Positions 47,682-47,923 of a stretch of DNA of 47,923 bases are shown in pieces. Under the pieces are notes generated by a model. The model was not told the DNA's origin. It did not search any database and saw nothing but the letters and a program-made list of their open reading frames with translations. Every line of letters begins with the position of its first letter. Position 1 is the first letter of the stretch. The stretch comes from an uncultured Fibrobacterota bacterium (GTDB lineage Bacteria > Fibrobacterota > Chitinivibrionia > Chitinivibrionales > FEN-1185): contig CAVWBU010000042.1 of NCBI GenBank assembly GCA_963753345.1, positions 1 to 47,923 on the forward strand. The letters are read 5' to 3'. A program made the position numbers and the translations under genes.

Positions 47682-47923
47682 TGGGCGTTCCCCCAGGTGG
47701 AGTCGCATGATTTTGCGGCTCCGCCTGGGGTCGGTCTCCCTCCGGGCTCGGCCTCGGCCTCGTTGCCAGCCGCCCTATGCCTTGCGGCCGGGCACCCCGT
47801 CGGGTGCTTCCAAGGGTCGTCGGCCGGCACAAGGCAAGAGACACAATAATGAAGCGCGAAGCGCTATTTCCATACCTTGGGGAACGAAGTGACAATTCGC
47901 TCTAGCTCACCCTCCGGTCCACC
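47682..47923 (-). repeat. Repeat copy 6: B module with insertions, truncated by the window end
   Basis: Reverse complement reads GGTGGACCGGAGGGTGAGCTAGAGCGAATTG...GGCAACGAGGCCGAGGCCGAGCCCGGAGGGAGACCGACCCC...GGGGGAACGCCCA. Confidence 0.88.

Noticed and set aside
651-47923. A/B repeats as a CRISPR array or integron attC sites
   Set aside because: Copies are dispersed, long and variable, with no regular repeat-spacer period. GTTRRRY appears in only one B copy, with no matching RYYYAAC. Copies also sit between housekeeping genes, and the only tyrosine recombinase is a typical XerD.

Overview
A 47.9-kb bacterial chromosomal window, most likely Fibrobacterota (Chitinivibrionia/Chitinispirillaceae-like). 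That assignment is inferred from a TIGR02147-family gene and several secreted proteins with C-terminal Ig/sorting-type domains. The left two-thirds is mostly GC-rich housekeeping DNA: tRNA-Glu, thioredoxin, lysS-lolE-lolD-mcsA-malQ, a compact UvrD helicase, an MBL hydrolase, xerD, HU, an FHA/phosphatase pair divergent from an anti-sigma/STAS cluster, a Cas4/AddB-like nuclease, MgtC/DUF4010 and fhs. An AT-rich KpnI-like restriction-modification pair is inserted in this part, and its methyltransferase carries an in-frame TAA. The right third is an accessory region of secreted proteins: a GH3, two thaumatin-like paralogues, an Asp-box protein, TIGR02147 plus a lipoprotein, and a serpin. Highlights: (1) a sensor-less histidine kinase fused in frame to a CoA-disulfide/persulfide reductase and a Cys-to-Ser rhodanese, convergent on a stand-alone receiver and divergent from fhs; (2) a dispersed bipartite intergenic element (A + B modules; 5 complete copies plus 1 cut by the window edge) whose hairpins covary and carry C(GNA)G loops typical of ssDNA folding; (3) an intact KpnI-like endonuclease with a broken methylase and a GGTACC site upstream of its promoter; (4) bacterial thaumatin-family proteins; (5) a perfect 20-bp palindrome upstream of TIGR02147. 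Several genes carry small indels, denser toward the right end, so consensus errors are likely and the pseudogene calls are provisional.
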